Translations under genes and position numbers: made by a program
The notes under the pieces: model-generated
What the model was told of the DNA's origin: nothing
Database searches by the model: none
The model's input: only the letters and a program-made list of their open reading frames with translations
Source: Catajapyx aquilonaris
Lineage: Eukaryota
Direction of reading: 5' to 3'
Length of the DNA stretch: 54,408 nt
Assembly: GCA_000934665.2 (NCBI GenBank)
Contig: JYFJ02002587.1
Location: 1-54,408, forward strand
Shown here: positions 36,391-49,199 of the stretch, piece after piece
How positions within the stretch are numbered: position 1 is the first letter of the stretch
Layout of the letters: each line of letters opens with the position of its first letter

Positions 36391-39300
36391 CCAACCATGG
36401 TCTACCCAAAGAGCTTATACTAGGTATTAAGCTAGCCTAGTATTAAGCTCTTTGGGTCTACCTATCAGCATGGCACATTTTATGGGTGTCTCCCACATAA
36501 ATAATAGACATAGACTGAATATTACATTAATAAAATTTCAAAAATTTCAAATAGTTGCATGGCAATCAGTCCTCCATGCATCCTACAGAAAAAAAGGCTA
36601 TTTTATTACCAGGTTGTCATCTGAATTGTTGCTTTCCATTCTCTTTCGTGACCTCATGGGAGTGGATCTGCCTCTTGTGTGCAATCTCATGTGATTCTGC
36701 AGGGTTTCTTCCCTGGAAAAATGCTTATCACATTTTTCACACAGATATTTCTTCTGCAAATGAAGATGGTTTTCCATTCTGTGTTGTGCCATATGAAACT
36801 CTAGGCTCCTCTTCAGATAAAAAGCAGCGCTGCACTGATCACACTCAAATTCTGCTGATTGTGGTTGTGCTTGTTTGAGCCTCACAAACTGAGATTTCTT
36901 GCTAAACTTCACATTGCAGTCTGTTGAAGCCAATGTACCCGGATGCTCCACTTGCATGTGTGAATGCAAGGAAAATTTATCGGGACACTTGGAGCTGCAA
37001 AGACAACAGAACACTGTCTTTGTTTTGGTGCCACCTTTATCATCTGGTGTCTTGTTGCCATCTCGATGCTGAAGCAAATGTGTTCTCAGCAGTTTCCAAC
37101 TTGCTAAACATTGGTGGCACACACTGCATCTGAATTTTTTGCTCTTCTTGTGTGAAGACTGGAAGTGCCACTCAAGAGTGGGTTCACAAGCATAGCTTGC
37201 AAAACAGAGCTTGCATTTGAAAGGCTTTTCCTTAGGGTGTGACGTTATGTGAGCATTAAGAGTTCCCCAGTCACTGAATCTCTCTCCACACCACTTGTAA
37301 CGGCATGGAAGATGTCCTGCTGTTTTGCTTGCTGGGATGGGGTTTGGGGCAATCTCATCTCCTATCTGGAAATGCAAGGTAGGCTTTATTTTATGCTTAT
37401 TATTGAAATTTTAATGCATAGTATGTAATTTTAAAATGAAATCTGGTCTATAAAATGAAGTCCTACTTCACTTGCTAGTAACCTTCACATTTGTCTTACC
37501 TACTCAAAAAGCAAGAAATAAAATTTCAGAAACTAGATTCAGCTTCTTGATCTTGAAAATGATTTTTTATTCACACTGCACTGGTTGATTTAGAATTTCG
37601 TAAGTTGCTTGTTAATATTATATCATCAATTGCATTTTAACCTTATTTTATTAGGTCACGCATCTGCATTTTAGTTCATCGTTAGGGTTAACTTACGTCA
37701 CCTTTATCACTGACTAGTGACTATCCCCTCACAAGAATAATGTCATGATCACGAATGAATTAATGAATCCATGGATTTGGATCATATTTTGTGAGATGTT
37801 TACCATAGCTCTGGTTTATTACTAACAATTAATTTCATTGGAAAATGTGAAAACATTGTTATAAAATCCATGACCATTAAAAAAAAATAAATGAGAGTGG
37901 CATACCTCTTTTCCATCACTCTCCAAGCTGTAAAGAGTATTTCCAGAAGGGTCACATGTATCATCTCTTCTCAGTTCACTTGGAACTTGGCCAACAATCC
38001 TGCTTTGACCATCATGACTTTTCATGTGAACCTTCATGTAAAACTTTGAGCCAAAGCTCTTCATGCAAATTTCGCATTTGTGTTGCCTCTTCACACTTTT
38101 TGGATTTAATTGATGAACATTTTGTTTGGAATTTTCAACACCTTCAGAATTGGCCTTTTCATTCCCACCACGACCAGTGCCTGTGGAGTGCTCTACCCTC
38201 ACATGATTCTTCAGTTGAAGTGTGCTTGAAAATCTCACTTCACAATATCTGCATGCAAATGGCTTGTCGGCAGAGTTTTCCAGCCATTTAGTGCTCATGT
38301 TTCCTTCATGGTGAACCAGTGAATGCCGCATCATTGATTTTTTGTATTTGAATGCCTTGAAGCACCAGGGACATGCATAGCTTTTAGCATCCAACTTTGG
38401 TTTTAATATTCCATCTTCCTAGAACCAGAAAACTGAGAATTAGTGCACTGAATTGTGAGTGGTAGCAATGGGGTCATTGAACATTAGAATCGTAACTTAT
38501 TAGGCTTTGTGACTGTAACGTATTTGAAGGGAAAATTGAAGATTAGATGCGATAAATACCAGCCCCATACATGTTATGAATACCTCCTCATAATTCGAGT
38601 TGCCCTTGTGTTCATGACCCCTTAGCGCCCTTGTCTGCCTTGTGTAAGAATGTACCAGTCCCAGAGTATGGGCAAACACAGTGTGTCATCCCCAAATTTT
38701 GTATGGTGCAATGCACTGAGGGGAGCAAGGCAGAAAGTGAAATAAAGTGATTTTGATAAATGCTAAAGTAAAATCAATTTCCATCGAGTCTGTGATGCAA
38801 AATTGTACAGAATCAAGCTTGAGAAGTTGACTCTCAGTTGACTAGGCATCCTCTCATAGCAGACCCTATCGGGTTGTTTTTGTATGTATGTAGAAAAACC
38901 GTCTGACATTTCTGCATATTTACAATGGCATACTCTCACTCATGTGAGAAGACAGCACCAAAGCTGATGGAAATATCTTTTAAGAATTAATTAATGCAGT
39001 TTATAATTTAAAAACTTACTGAAATTTTTCAATGCAGCATTATGCAAGAGTTACACTATGTTGTCCAAAAACTTGATATCTCCCTTACAAAACAAATAAA
39101 CTGGACTAAATATTACCTCCGTAGAATGTGTATCCTTGTGAATATTCAACTGGTCCAAATGAGAATTCTTACACACCTTAAATAAGATTTCCTTGTCATC
39201 TGGTATTCCTCTCCAATCCCACATGTCTTCTTCATCTTCATCATGCCATGTCATGTGTGTCTCATAACCTTCCCTGTACTTGAACTTAGCATGGCAAACT

Positions 39301-40925
39301 CTACACTCAAATGCTCTCTCTGTAATTTCCTTATTCCTTGAAGGAAAAATGAATGGATCCAGCTGTTGCAAATGATAGAAATGGACATATGAATATGACA
39401 TTATTTGTTAGCTAGAGATAAAAGCTTACTCTGCAGTGATGAGGGTTGTCTTGTGCCTCCCCAAAGTGAGTCTTCAAATGATGAAGGTGAGAATATTTCA
39501 CTTGGGAAATGTGGCAAGTAAAATCCTTTTCAGTCATTGCCTTGCACTGATTTTTGGGCTCAGCCTGAAATGCATGAAGTAATTTCAATTAGTAAATTTG
39601 TGTGGTTCACATTTTCAATTTTGCAATTTCATGCTAGAACATTGTGCAATACAAGTAGTCTCTAACTACATTACAGGTGTTGAGTGGTGAATATCTCAAT
39701 AATACAAGGATGGATCTGTACAGTAAGCTGCCCCATTTAATTCTATGAATATGGTGACATAGGCTACGGTACGTAAAATGTGAATAATTCAACATGACCA
39801 TGGAACAGCCTGTTAAACGAAAGAACAATCTGACATCATCATTTTGTTTACCGACTCCTAGTTTACAGAGATCTGCCAAACGCACCTCTGGAACGTTCTA
39901 CTTTTCCTGTTCCCATGGATATATATGCTCTCACACAACAATATGAGCAAACATTGTTCATTTTTTGTTGACAATGTTTACTCCTATTGTTGTGTGAGGG
40001 CATCTCCATGGTAACTGGAAGGGTGGACGGTCAATTTTGCCGTTAGTAGTACATAGGATCACAACGAAAATATGTTGGGAATCACAGCTATCCTCCAAGT
40101 TAGAAGCTGATGGTCTCGCTGACTGGCCTGTTTTAAATCATTTTACAACTTACAACACAAATACCTCAGTCCACAAATTCCCAGTTCACAGGAGCAATTT
40201 ACAGTGAACGCCTGATCCAGAAATCCCTTTATTCACTTGGAAAAGATTTCCTGCTGAAACTTTATCACTCAAGGGAGGTGGCAGAATTTATACTATATTA
40301 GCAAGCAGCCGGAGGTCGAAAGACACATTTGCAATTATTTATGGCACTTGTTAGCATGTGTTTACTTTATATGGGGTTTGTATTTGTGACTACTTCCCCC
40401 ACAAGACTTACATTAACCCTCTTAACATGTTTGAAATAATTTTGTTCCCAGGCCCATCCCTACACACAAATGATGAACACAGGAACAAAAATTTGGAGAC
40501 ATATCTAATGCAGCTTAAATGCTTCTTCCTAAATCAGTAATATATTACTGATCAACAGAAACATGTTCAATACAGAAAAACTTTTGGGAATGGAGTGGGT
40601 CTGCTAAAAAGTGGTTTCACTGCATTTGTAAATGATAAATAGGTTACCTTGCTGATTACATTCTGATATGCTTCCTTCACACCTTCAGTGCATGTGGATG
40701 AATTCAGCTCTGAAGCACTAGAACAGCTGAAACTCTGAAGTACTCCAAGAAGAGCTTCAGAATAATAGTCTGCGGAATCATCTGCAACACCTAACTTAGG
40801 CATTTCTGATATAATTTCCCTTGCACCTTGGCAGCTCTCTCTTTTCATATCTAGAATTACAAGGTTCACCTCACTCGGCTCAACCATAGTTGCAGTCTGC
40901 ATCATTTGCTGCCGCTTTGTTGCAT
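35663..40925 (-). CDS. Unit A': multi-C2H2 zinc-finger coding exons (~10 intact fingers); long isoform of gene A or separate tandem paralog
   Basis: Exons 40925-40648 (phase-1 acceptor, in-frame ATG at 40905), 39564-39430 (degenerate finger), 39362-39117 (FECRVCHAKFKYREGYETHMTWH), 38418-37906 (3 fingers), 37365-36610 (6 fingers), putative terminal exon 35785-35663 (TAG). Internal junctions are phase 0 with GT-AG. The terminal exon is less certain; the ORF could instead stop at 36598. Confidence 0.75.
35962..36385 (+). mobile_element. tRNA-derived SINE, family 2
   Basis: A box TGGCCGAGATGG, B-box-like GGTTCTAATTCC, (AAAAT)n(AAT)n tail, 15-bp TSD ATAATCCAACCATGG at 35947 and 36386. Confidence 0.88.
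36407..36454. mobile_element. 48-bp P-like mini-MITE
   Basis: GGTCTACC|CAAAGAGCTTA...TAAGCTCTTTG|GGTCTACC: perfect 8-bp TSD; same CAAAGAG terminus as 15168. Confidence 0.75.
39891..40032. repeat. Hairpin repeat (CCATGG...CAACAATATGAG family)
   Basis: Palindrome; related sequences at ~28922-29010 and ~24392-24428. Confidence 0.65.
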
Positions 40926-43307
40926 CTGTGGGGAAGAAAACTCACTGTCAGTTAATTATGGTGAAAAAATGTACAGCTGATTGCATCAGGTTGGATACGT
41001 TAAGAAAGGGAAAACATCGCACTAAACTCATATATGACAATGCCGTGAAATAAATAAAAATTAAGCCAGCCTTTTCTGAGACTCTTTTGATACAGTACAG
41101 TATGCAACATATTTAATGGCACGTGGAAGTTGATATTTTAAACATTCAACTTATTGCAACCTGCCCCTAGTAGTGCAAAAATTACATGAATTACACAGTG
41201 CCACCATGTGCTACAATAAGGTTTGAAACATCAGCTGGCTGGTGTACGTGGCTTTAGTGCAGTCTGGAGGTAGCCAAACTGATGACATCAACACACTGCA
41301 AAACAGTCACAATTGCACAGCTGGTATTCTCTGGCAGGTCTGAATCAGTCCTTATCATTTACGCACTTGCCTAGTACTTGCCAAGGACGTATCTATGCAT
41401 ATGATGCTGGAGACAGCTGAAGGCAGCTCAAAGTACTCGGAAATATACCACTTCAGGAGGACGCCATTTTCACTTGGCAAGTTTCAGGGTGCTCTCTACA
41501 TCTGCGCAGAATGTGCGCCAAGGCTTTCATGTGCGCAGAAGGGGGAAACATGGGGCGATTGTAACATAGGTTACCCTGAACGTGGGGGGAAGTTTGAATA
41601 GGGAAATCGTCGTAATTATCACTGATTAAGCTCTCAAGAACCACAACACCTGACTCTCTTATCAACAACTGCATGGCCACCGGATTGGATGCATCCATAA
41701 TCAATTATGAGACTTCTAATACTTTATTGCAAACAAAAAAAGAATCCGCAAGTTACTACCATCATTCCTCAGTACAGTGATAATAACAATAATAATGATA
41801 TCAGCCATGACCATGATAACATAAAAAAACCTCAAGATGATTTGCAACTTCTTTGATACTGCAGGTTAATTGCAACTGCTGGTTACAGACGTTCCGTATA
41901 TCTTGAAAAACCACAAATTCCTTAGTTGGTAATGCCACTTGCATAATCAGGCAGTAACTTTTGTCAGGTGATCACATGATGCATGAGCAGGCTCTAATGA
42001 TTCCTTACAGGAAATGACTGCATCTAATGATGAGTAATCATGATCGGGTGTGCACTGGAAACAGGAGTGGACAGTGACATTGGCACTCACTTACAAGTCT
42101 CAGATTTGCTACATGACAATTATTATACATCTCTGGTCCCAGAGCACAAGAGCCTTCAAGGGCATTGTGACTCTAGGCAAAATCCTGTATGAGTATAATG
42201 TAAAAGGTACACAACAAGAAAATTATGAATGGAAGTCTAACAATTTCAGATGGTTAGCAATGCAGTGATCGATACCAATTTTGAGACGTTTCGTTTGTGA
42301 ATGTTTGAAAAATCCAGTAACTCTTAATTTGTTTGCCACTGTTTTGACTCAATGATAGTTACGCCACCTATGGGAGTGACAGGGAAAATAACCATTCCTG
42401 AGCATGCAACAAAATTCCATAAATGAAACAGACTGTTTGGACGTCGAGAAAATCAAAATATTCCTGCACATTCACCGTGACACTATTGAATTCGCATTCA
42501 TATCAGCAAAAATGTTGCACATGCTCATAAGTTACGTTGGCCCCCTAACTGCAACAGGGGAGTTACATGTGGGGAATAAAATTTTGGTTCTCTTGGCCAA
42601 CATGTCATTGGAGGGGCCTAGGAACTCAGGAACACCAGCGTTATGCAGGACAGTCAGTGAAATTCACTGAAACGAATGTGAACTCAATTATGAGAAGTAT
42701 ATAAGTTTAAATAAATAACAAATACTTTCAAGTGAACCTGCACTTCCAACAAAAGCAGTGCCACTGATGAACTGTTGGGCCTAAAAAGATGAAGACAATC
42801 CATCGTACAAGGCTCTAGCAGGATCACTGGAATACAGATAGATGTCCTTCTTCTGTACTATTACAGGCCTCAAGCATACATTATCGTCTGACATATGGCA
42901 CTGTTTCTTCACTTTGGAATAAAGACATTCCAGTTTTCCAGTGGAATGGAGCCATGCACTAAGAATCATTGGGCGGAATTTTTGTCCTACACTCGTACTG
43001 CTGTGTCAGCAGTAACTAGCAGTGGGACAAAAATTCCTCCCATATTCATTTTTTCAGCCTTGACAGTACAGGTTTATTGACCATCTAAAACAAAGATAAT
43101 AAAAACAAATCAGCTTTTCACCTGAAGCCAGCAGAACTGGTTGCAAATCCCCTTGACTCATATACATAAATGCAGCAAAATACAACACTTGCACTACACA
43201 TCACATGTCACCAGTCACATTCACAACAACATATTTTCCAAGTCGATCTTGTTCAGCAGTACACGTAACTGTGTATGTCATAATTTTATATTTTCTGCCT
43301 CCCTCTC

Positions 43308-46300
43308 TTATGTAGTAGTTTGTCCAGCATGCGAGGGCAAGCGCTCAAGCACTGCTGTAAGGTCTCTCCTCAGTCCTTTGACCTCATTGTACATGTCCTT
43401 GAAACTCTTCACATTCTGTTCAAACTCCTGGAAGTAATGCCTCATCTGTTGCCTGGCCACCTTAATTTCATGCGTGCCTTTCTCCATTGCAGATGCTATC
43501 CGATCCAGGTTTGGCCTCCGTTCCCCTTCTCCCCCCATGCGCAAGGATGCACCTGCATTCCAGTGGGTCCCATTCATCTCTTCCGTGTCGCCTGAAATGA
43601 GCAAGTGGGGATGCACATGATCAAGATGAAGTCAGATGCAGATGGGAAAAGGTTGCTGAGCCAAGGCACTTCCAAGTCACTCAATATGCCTAATCAACAC
43701 TGAAAGTCAAATATGTGATAGACATACCTACACATGTATTTGCTAGAATAAACAAACAACAGAAAAACATGTTGCCTTGTGAAAATTATGTACCAAATAT
43801 GAGCCAGAAAGCTATTTGAAAAGAGCACTAACGTAATGATTTACAAATTTTACACGGTTATAACTTCTTCCATCCCTCACCGTATGTCATTGCAATAAGG
43901 TCATAATAAGGATTGTAAGTTACTCACATCCACACATTTTGCATACCCAGACACTGCAAACACTGTCTATAAGGAACAAATGTGTATCCCTAAAACAGCG
44001 TCCATTAACTTATATTATGATAATCAAAAATTACTGTATTACGTCCCTTGGGCCCTCAAAAATTTGGCCTTGGTGAATCAGAAAAATGAATAGTTCTGGA
44101 CCCTTGGTATAATTTCCTATGACCCACTCTTGAGGGTGCATATGCTACAGGTTGGGAGCTGCTACAAAAACTTTCCACTAGGCATGGTGTTACTAATATA
44201 TCAGTTGTTTTTGTTATTTAAAATGTGCCATTTAAATCTATAACGTCAACCTTTAGAGCTGTTTATCCTCTATCAAAATAATGCTTCCATACCAGTAGGT
44301 ATGCACACAGTTATGTGGTCATATAATTAGGTTTGATTTGAAGCCTACATGCAGCACGTTCTTTTAAAAATTTGCACCCAGAAACAACAACGAAAAAAAA
44401 AAAAAAAGCCTTTCGCTTACTAGAAGGACTGTATGTGGCTTCGACTGGAATCTCTTCCGTGTCTGACATCTCTGAAGTGCCANTCTCTTCCGTGTCTGAC
44501 ATCTCTGAAGTGCCAGGAGAAGAAGCACTGCAAGCCTGAAGACAAAGGAGAGGATTTCATATTTAATATTCACTCTCTTGAACTCCCGTGAACATGAATG
44601 AATCTATACTTTGTTTAGAAAATTTTTGAAACTGTCAACTTGCCAATATAATTCTGTCACAACACTTATCAGTCATCTTCTTTGTCTCTCTTGACCTTGC
44701 CTACTCACCCTTACGACTCAATTTTTGAGACCTTGGGGCAAATTAGTAAATACATTAACAATAATAAAAACTACAAATCCTAGCTTACTTGAACGTGTCA
44801 GCCTTGAAGATAAACTTGCAGAGTGGTGCACTGCCTAACACCAAATTGTATTATTCATAGTAATTACAAAACGAGCCGTTGATCCACATTTTACATTGTT
44901 GTTAACATTTGGAACAATGCATATCAAGGATCAAACACTTCTTCAAGATTGACTGTCAATCATAAAACCCACCCTAAGTCAACAGTCCAACAGTGGTGGC
45001 AGGAAGGAATTTCGCCAGTAAAGACCTATTTTGCGGAATTTTTAAAGCAAGGAGTACAAAAAAGCTGAAATCTGCAAAAATTTTCGCTCAAATACAGTAG
45101 AACACCGTTTATCTGCCCTCAGATTATCCGACCGTCCCACTCCAGCAATAAATGTATGTTTTCTCATCAAATACTGTAATGCACGCATACTAATCATTTG
45201 TTTTTTATTGCCTTAGTTAAATTTTAAACCGCAGAGTGTGTATGTACAAGATAAATACTTTACCATTTCTCAGAAAAGCATAATATTGTACATTATTTCA
45301 TGTTTTTAATGCTTTTTGTTGTGTTTCCCTTCGCTCCTTGGATTATCCTATCTTTTCTGCTATCCGACAATGCCCCAGTCCTTTGGGTGACGGATAATTA
45401 ATTGGGGTTCTACTGTATTTGCAGTACTATTAACCGCAAAAGGAATGTCGCCCTGTTACGTGATGCCGTCTGCGACTTTTTGTTTATCCGCCTACCTGAG
45501 GGGGCACTGCCAGGTGCTGTGCGACATTACTTTTGTGGTTAACAGTACATAAAGTGTGATTCTTGCTAATGAAATGTGAAAACTCTACACAGTATCCACA
45601 TATTTTGTAGTAGACAACAGTAGAGCAGCTGAAAAGACTGCTTCCAAGATGTAAAATGCCACTTGCCCCAGTACAAAAGCAAGAATCATGACAAATATGG
45701 CCCTAATTGCTGCTTCCAATTGGTTACTACTCTTTAGCTTGGGTTAACAATCCACAACTTATTTACCCACCCTCTTCTTGAGCTGGGGACTTGGTCAGTG
45801 CACCATCCTGAAATAAGCTATATTACAATATTGTACTAGGGTTAAAGCGGAAGGGCTCAACTGCAGGAATCTGGGGGCATGAGCAACTGGGTTGGTGGTA
45901 TGGCAGATTGACTGCCATCAGCCGACACAGTTCAATATGCTCCCTGCTTCTTTGGACCCCACAATTGAGAATAGCTTGCATTTTCCAGATCCATGCAAAG
46001 TGGTAAGGAAAGAGAGAAAAAGAGGAAATTCGCATATTGTGCAGTGCCTGGGCAAGATAGTTACAGATGGTTGATCACATGCCAACAAAAAGTATTGCCA
46101 TGATTTTAGGTTGGTCACAAGGATCGTGGCATGGAATGCTTGGCAAGGTTGGCAGGCATTGTTTAGATTGATTGCGTTGCATGCTATACTGCCCCGCCCT
46201 GTTCACTATCACTCAAATGCAGTGAAACCTGTGTCTAGAGGAGTTGCACTACTGCACAAAAATTTTCTGCACTGAACAAGTTTAATGTATATGCAATGGA

Positions 46301-48969
46301 CCTCGGAAATCCTACTTAGGATAAGTTCTGTAATGAGCACATTTCCACTAAATGCAGTCTGTTATGCACAGGTTCATTCTCAACACATTCACAGTTCATT
46401 CTAAAAAGGGGCACTAACTGCTATGAATACTGCTATGAATATGTTTGCTTTTTTCCACGAAGAAAAAATGCTACACACCATGATTGTGTAAAATCTTCTG
46501 GCCAGCAACTCCATACCTTACAACACAGATGTGACTCTAAGCACTTAAATACTGTACTAGTGAATCCACATATTGCAGGATGGTCGAATTTGTGTATGTA
46601 CAAGTTAGTAACATCACACAATGTTAAGTAGAATGTTTAACTCATACCGCATTACTTAATTCTACCTAAAGCGACCCACCTTTCTGCCTGCAAGTCTGCT
46701 TGTCTTCCGCAGCTCCTCATCAGTCCACTTCATCAGCTTCATCATCCGCTCTTCCAGTGGCCACAATGAAATGGTCTTGTCATCCAGGTAGGCAGCAGCT
46801 CTAATCATTGTTGACCTCTTGAACTCATTCCAGACCTGTGGAGTTGGAAACATTGTAAAATAACCCTCTCAGTCTACTAGTGGTTTACACAAAATCATAC
46901 CTGTTGCCACTGTTCCGGGTTTCTCTTGGGACCTTCAGCATCATTGAGCTTCTCAGCTGCATCTGCCCACAAGTTATGCATGTCTGTTGCCAACATGTGG
47001 CCAACATGGCCAAGTGCCAGCATCGGGTTGGACTCCATGAAGCACACCATTGCCTCAAATTGGGCAGGAGAGGTCTGAACTGATTTGGCAGACTGTAGTG
47101 ATAGACCAGAAATTATTTATTGAGTTCCCGGGTAATTTTGGTACAACGTAGCAATGAATCTACGTGCAACAAAATGTCAAGAAAACATGAGATACGTTAA
47201 AATTATCTGTCACAGATGACATGAGTGTGTCCTCGCCTTATTTTTATGACTTATATTTTCTATTATTTCATTAACCATTAACGCTTTGGCCCCCAGCCAC
47301 CTAGAATCTATGCGATGAGAACTCGATACCTCAGTACCAGCTACTGTATACCGGCCATCGCCTAGTTTTCCGCTTACGCGTGCCTACTACTACTACTACT
47401 ACTACTACTACTGGACTGACCTTGACCCCATGAACTCTCATGTGTTGTTCCAGATGTTTTTGGAACATGAATTTCCTGGGACACACTTCACAGGAGAAGG
47501 GTTTGTCACTGGAAGAACTTGCTCCACCACCAGAACGGCCAACGTCGTCATGCCACGTCATGTGGGTATCATAGCCTTCTCTGTATCGGAACTTAGCATC
47601 ACATACGCCACACACAAACTTCATCTTGCTTGGCTTTCGGGGCCTTAGGGGGTCATAGTCAGGATCATTTGGATCCATGTATGTACCCGCATCGGGGTAC
47701 CTCTCTTCTAGACTGCGCTTTCTGCGGGAAGACTGATTAACAACATTAACCACTTGTTGACTGAAGTCAAAATATGACAAATATTTCCCAAAAGAGAGCA
47801 ACATTAACTAAATGATTTAATAAGTACATAATGATTAATTATGTTTACATAGAAAAGGCCATAACTAACCCCTCGAGGCGGCTGCTGCTTCAGCACCTGT
47901 GATGATGCACCAAGCTCAGTGGAGTGATGGGCATTCTTCATGTGCATCTTGAGGTAGTGGGAATTGGGGAAACGTTTAGCACAAGTTGGGCAACAGAAGG
48001 GTCGCTCTGAAGAGTGTGTCGACATGTGGATGTTCAGTCCCTGCTTGCTTTGGTACTCCTTTGCACAGGTGGGACACGAGTATGTGACTCTTGCAGGTGG
48101 GTTTGGGGTGAGTGACGGGGGAATTGGGACTCCAGCATGCATGTTTTGCATGTGTTTCTCCATGGCCTTCTGGTACTTAAAAGTCTTCCCACACACCGGG
48201 CATGCTCCAACAATCTCGCTAGCTGAGCGGCTCTTACGTGGTTTTTTTTCCATTTGACCAAACTGGAATAGGGAAGAAAAGCTAGGATATAAACTAATCA
48301 AACAAAATCTTCCCACATCATAGTGCAATTTATTAAATTGATTACTAATAAATTTAACATATAATGAAGTTAATACCTCATAGGCAGCACCACATTAATG
48401 TGTCATTGATCTCTAACGCTACCTTGTATCCCAGTTCTGTACGTGACATATTTTGCACTACTGCCCCCTTCATATAGCTATTTTAGTGTCTGAGATACAT
48501 ATTTGCAACTTAAGACTGTGCCATTATTTATTGGTTCTAAAGGGTTGGTTCAGGTACTGAGCCATCAACAGGTGTAGCGGTATGTAATTTTTTATCATAC
48601 ATTGCTTCCCAAATATCGATGACATACCTCATTTCTTTGCTCCAGGATATGGACATCCTCCTCTCCTTCCGAGGAGAGCTCTTCTGTATCGGAAGCTTCA
48701 CTTCGGCTATTGGCTGAAGCATATTTCATCACCTCCGACACAGCCCGTGAATAGAATCCAACTGACTGAATCTCTTCCACTTCATTGTCATCGTCTTCCT
48801 CCAACTTGGTCACATCCTTATCCGAAGTGTCTGATTCATCGTCAGTCAATTCCATCTGGTGCCCGATGTAATTTACTTCAGCACTGGCAGCACCTAGATG
48901 GTTCAGCTGCGCTACCGTCACAGATGTTCCGCTCGGCATGGCCAAAGTACTCTTGCTTGCGTCTGCCAT
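43308..48969 (-). CDS. Gene A: multi-exon C2H2 zinc-finger protein with Myb/SANT-like (MSANTD-type) DNA-binding domain and C-terminal coiled coil, ~590 aa
   Basis: Phase-consistent GT-AG exons: 48969-48628 (ATG, acidic MADASK...QRNE), 48262-47870 (3 fingers, CPVC/CPTC/CPTC), 47732-47421 (2 fingers), 47092-46901 (SAKSVQTSPAQFEAMVCFMESNPMLALG...LWADAAEKLNDAEGPKRNPEQWQQ; absent from ORF track), 46835-46680 (VWNEFKRST...LWPLEERMMKL), 44535-44421, 43591-43308 (LDRIASAME...stop). Exon lengths sum to 1794 nt, in frame. Confidence 0.8.
45095..45415. mobile_element. pogo/Tigger-like MITE
   Basis: TA|CAGTAGAACACC...GGGGTTCTACTG|TA with TATCCG subterminal motifs. Confidence 0.8.
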
Positions 48970-49199
48970 TTTTCTGTATAATGAAATGTCCATACAGTGT
49001 GCTATAATGACAAAATTGTCATTTTGAACCAATTGCATACGAACGGAACTTCAGCTTAGTATTATATCAGGCCTCTATTTCTTATCTGGTGCATTCCCTA
49101 CCATGCTCAATTACTTCTTACACTCATTGTATGTATGTCTGTTGTTTTAACCAGTCTGTCACCAACGGACAACACAGTTTAACCCCAAATTACCAACAA

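Noticed and set aside
38775..38815. Plus-strand RVCDAKL resembling the cluster's VCDAKF finger
   Set aside because: Too short and does not extend; may be chance.
41395..41475. Penelope/hammerhead-like text (also ~27340-27375)
   Set aside because: Intact CTGANGA and GAAA core boxes in the right arrangement are absent; too degenerate to call.
44451..44515. Exact 32-bp tandem duplication (GTSEMSDTEE twice) in a gene A exon
   Set aside because: The copies flank a single N (44483), the signature of an unmerged contig overlap; removing 33 nt keeps the frame. Probably an assembly artefact.
47331..47420. Poly-Val C-terminus of ORF 47331-47804
   Set aside because: Lies after the AAG|GTCAGT donor; intronic (GTA)n.
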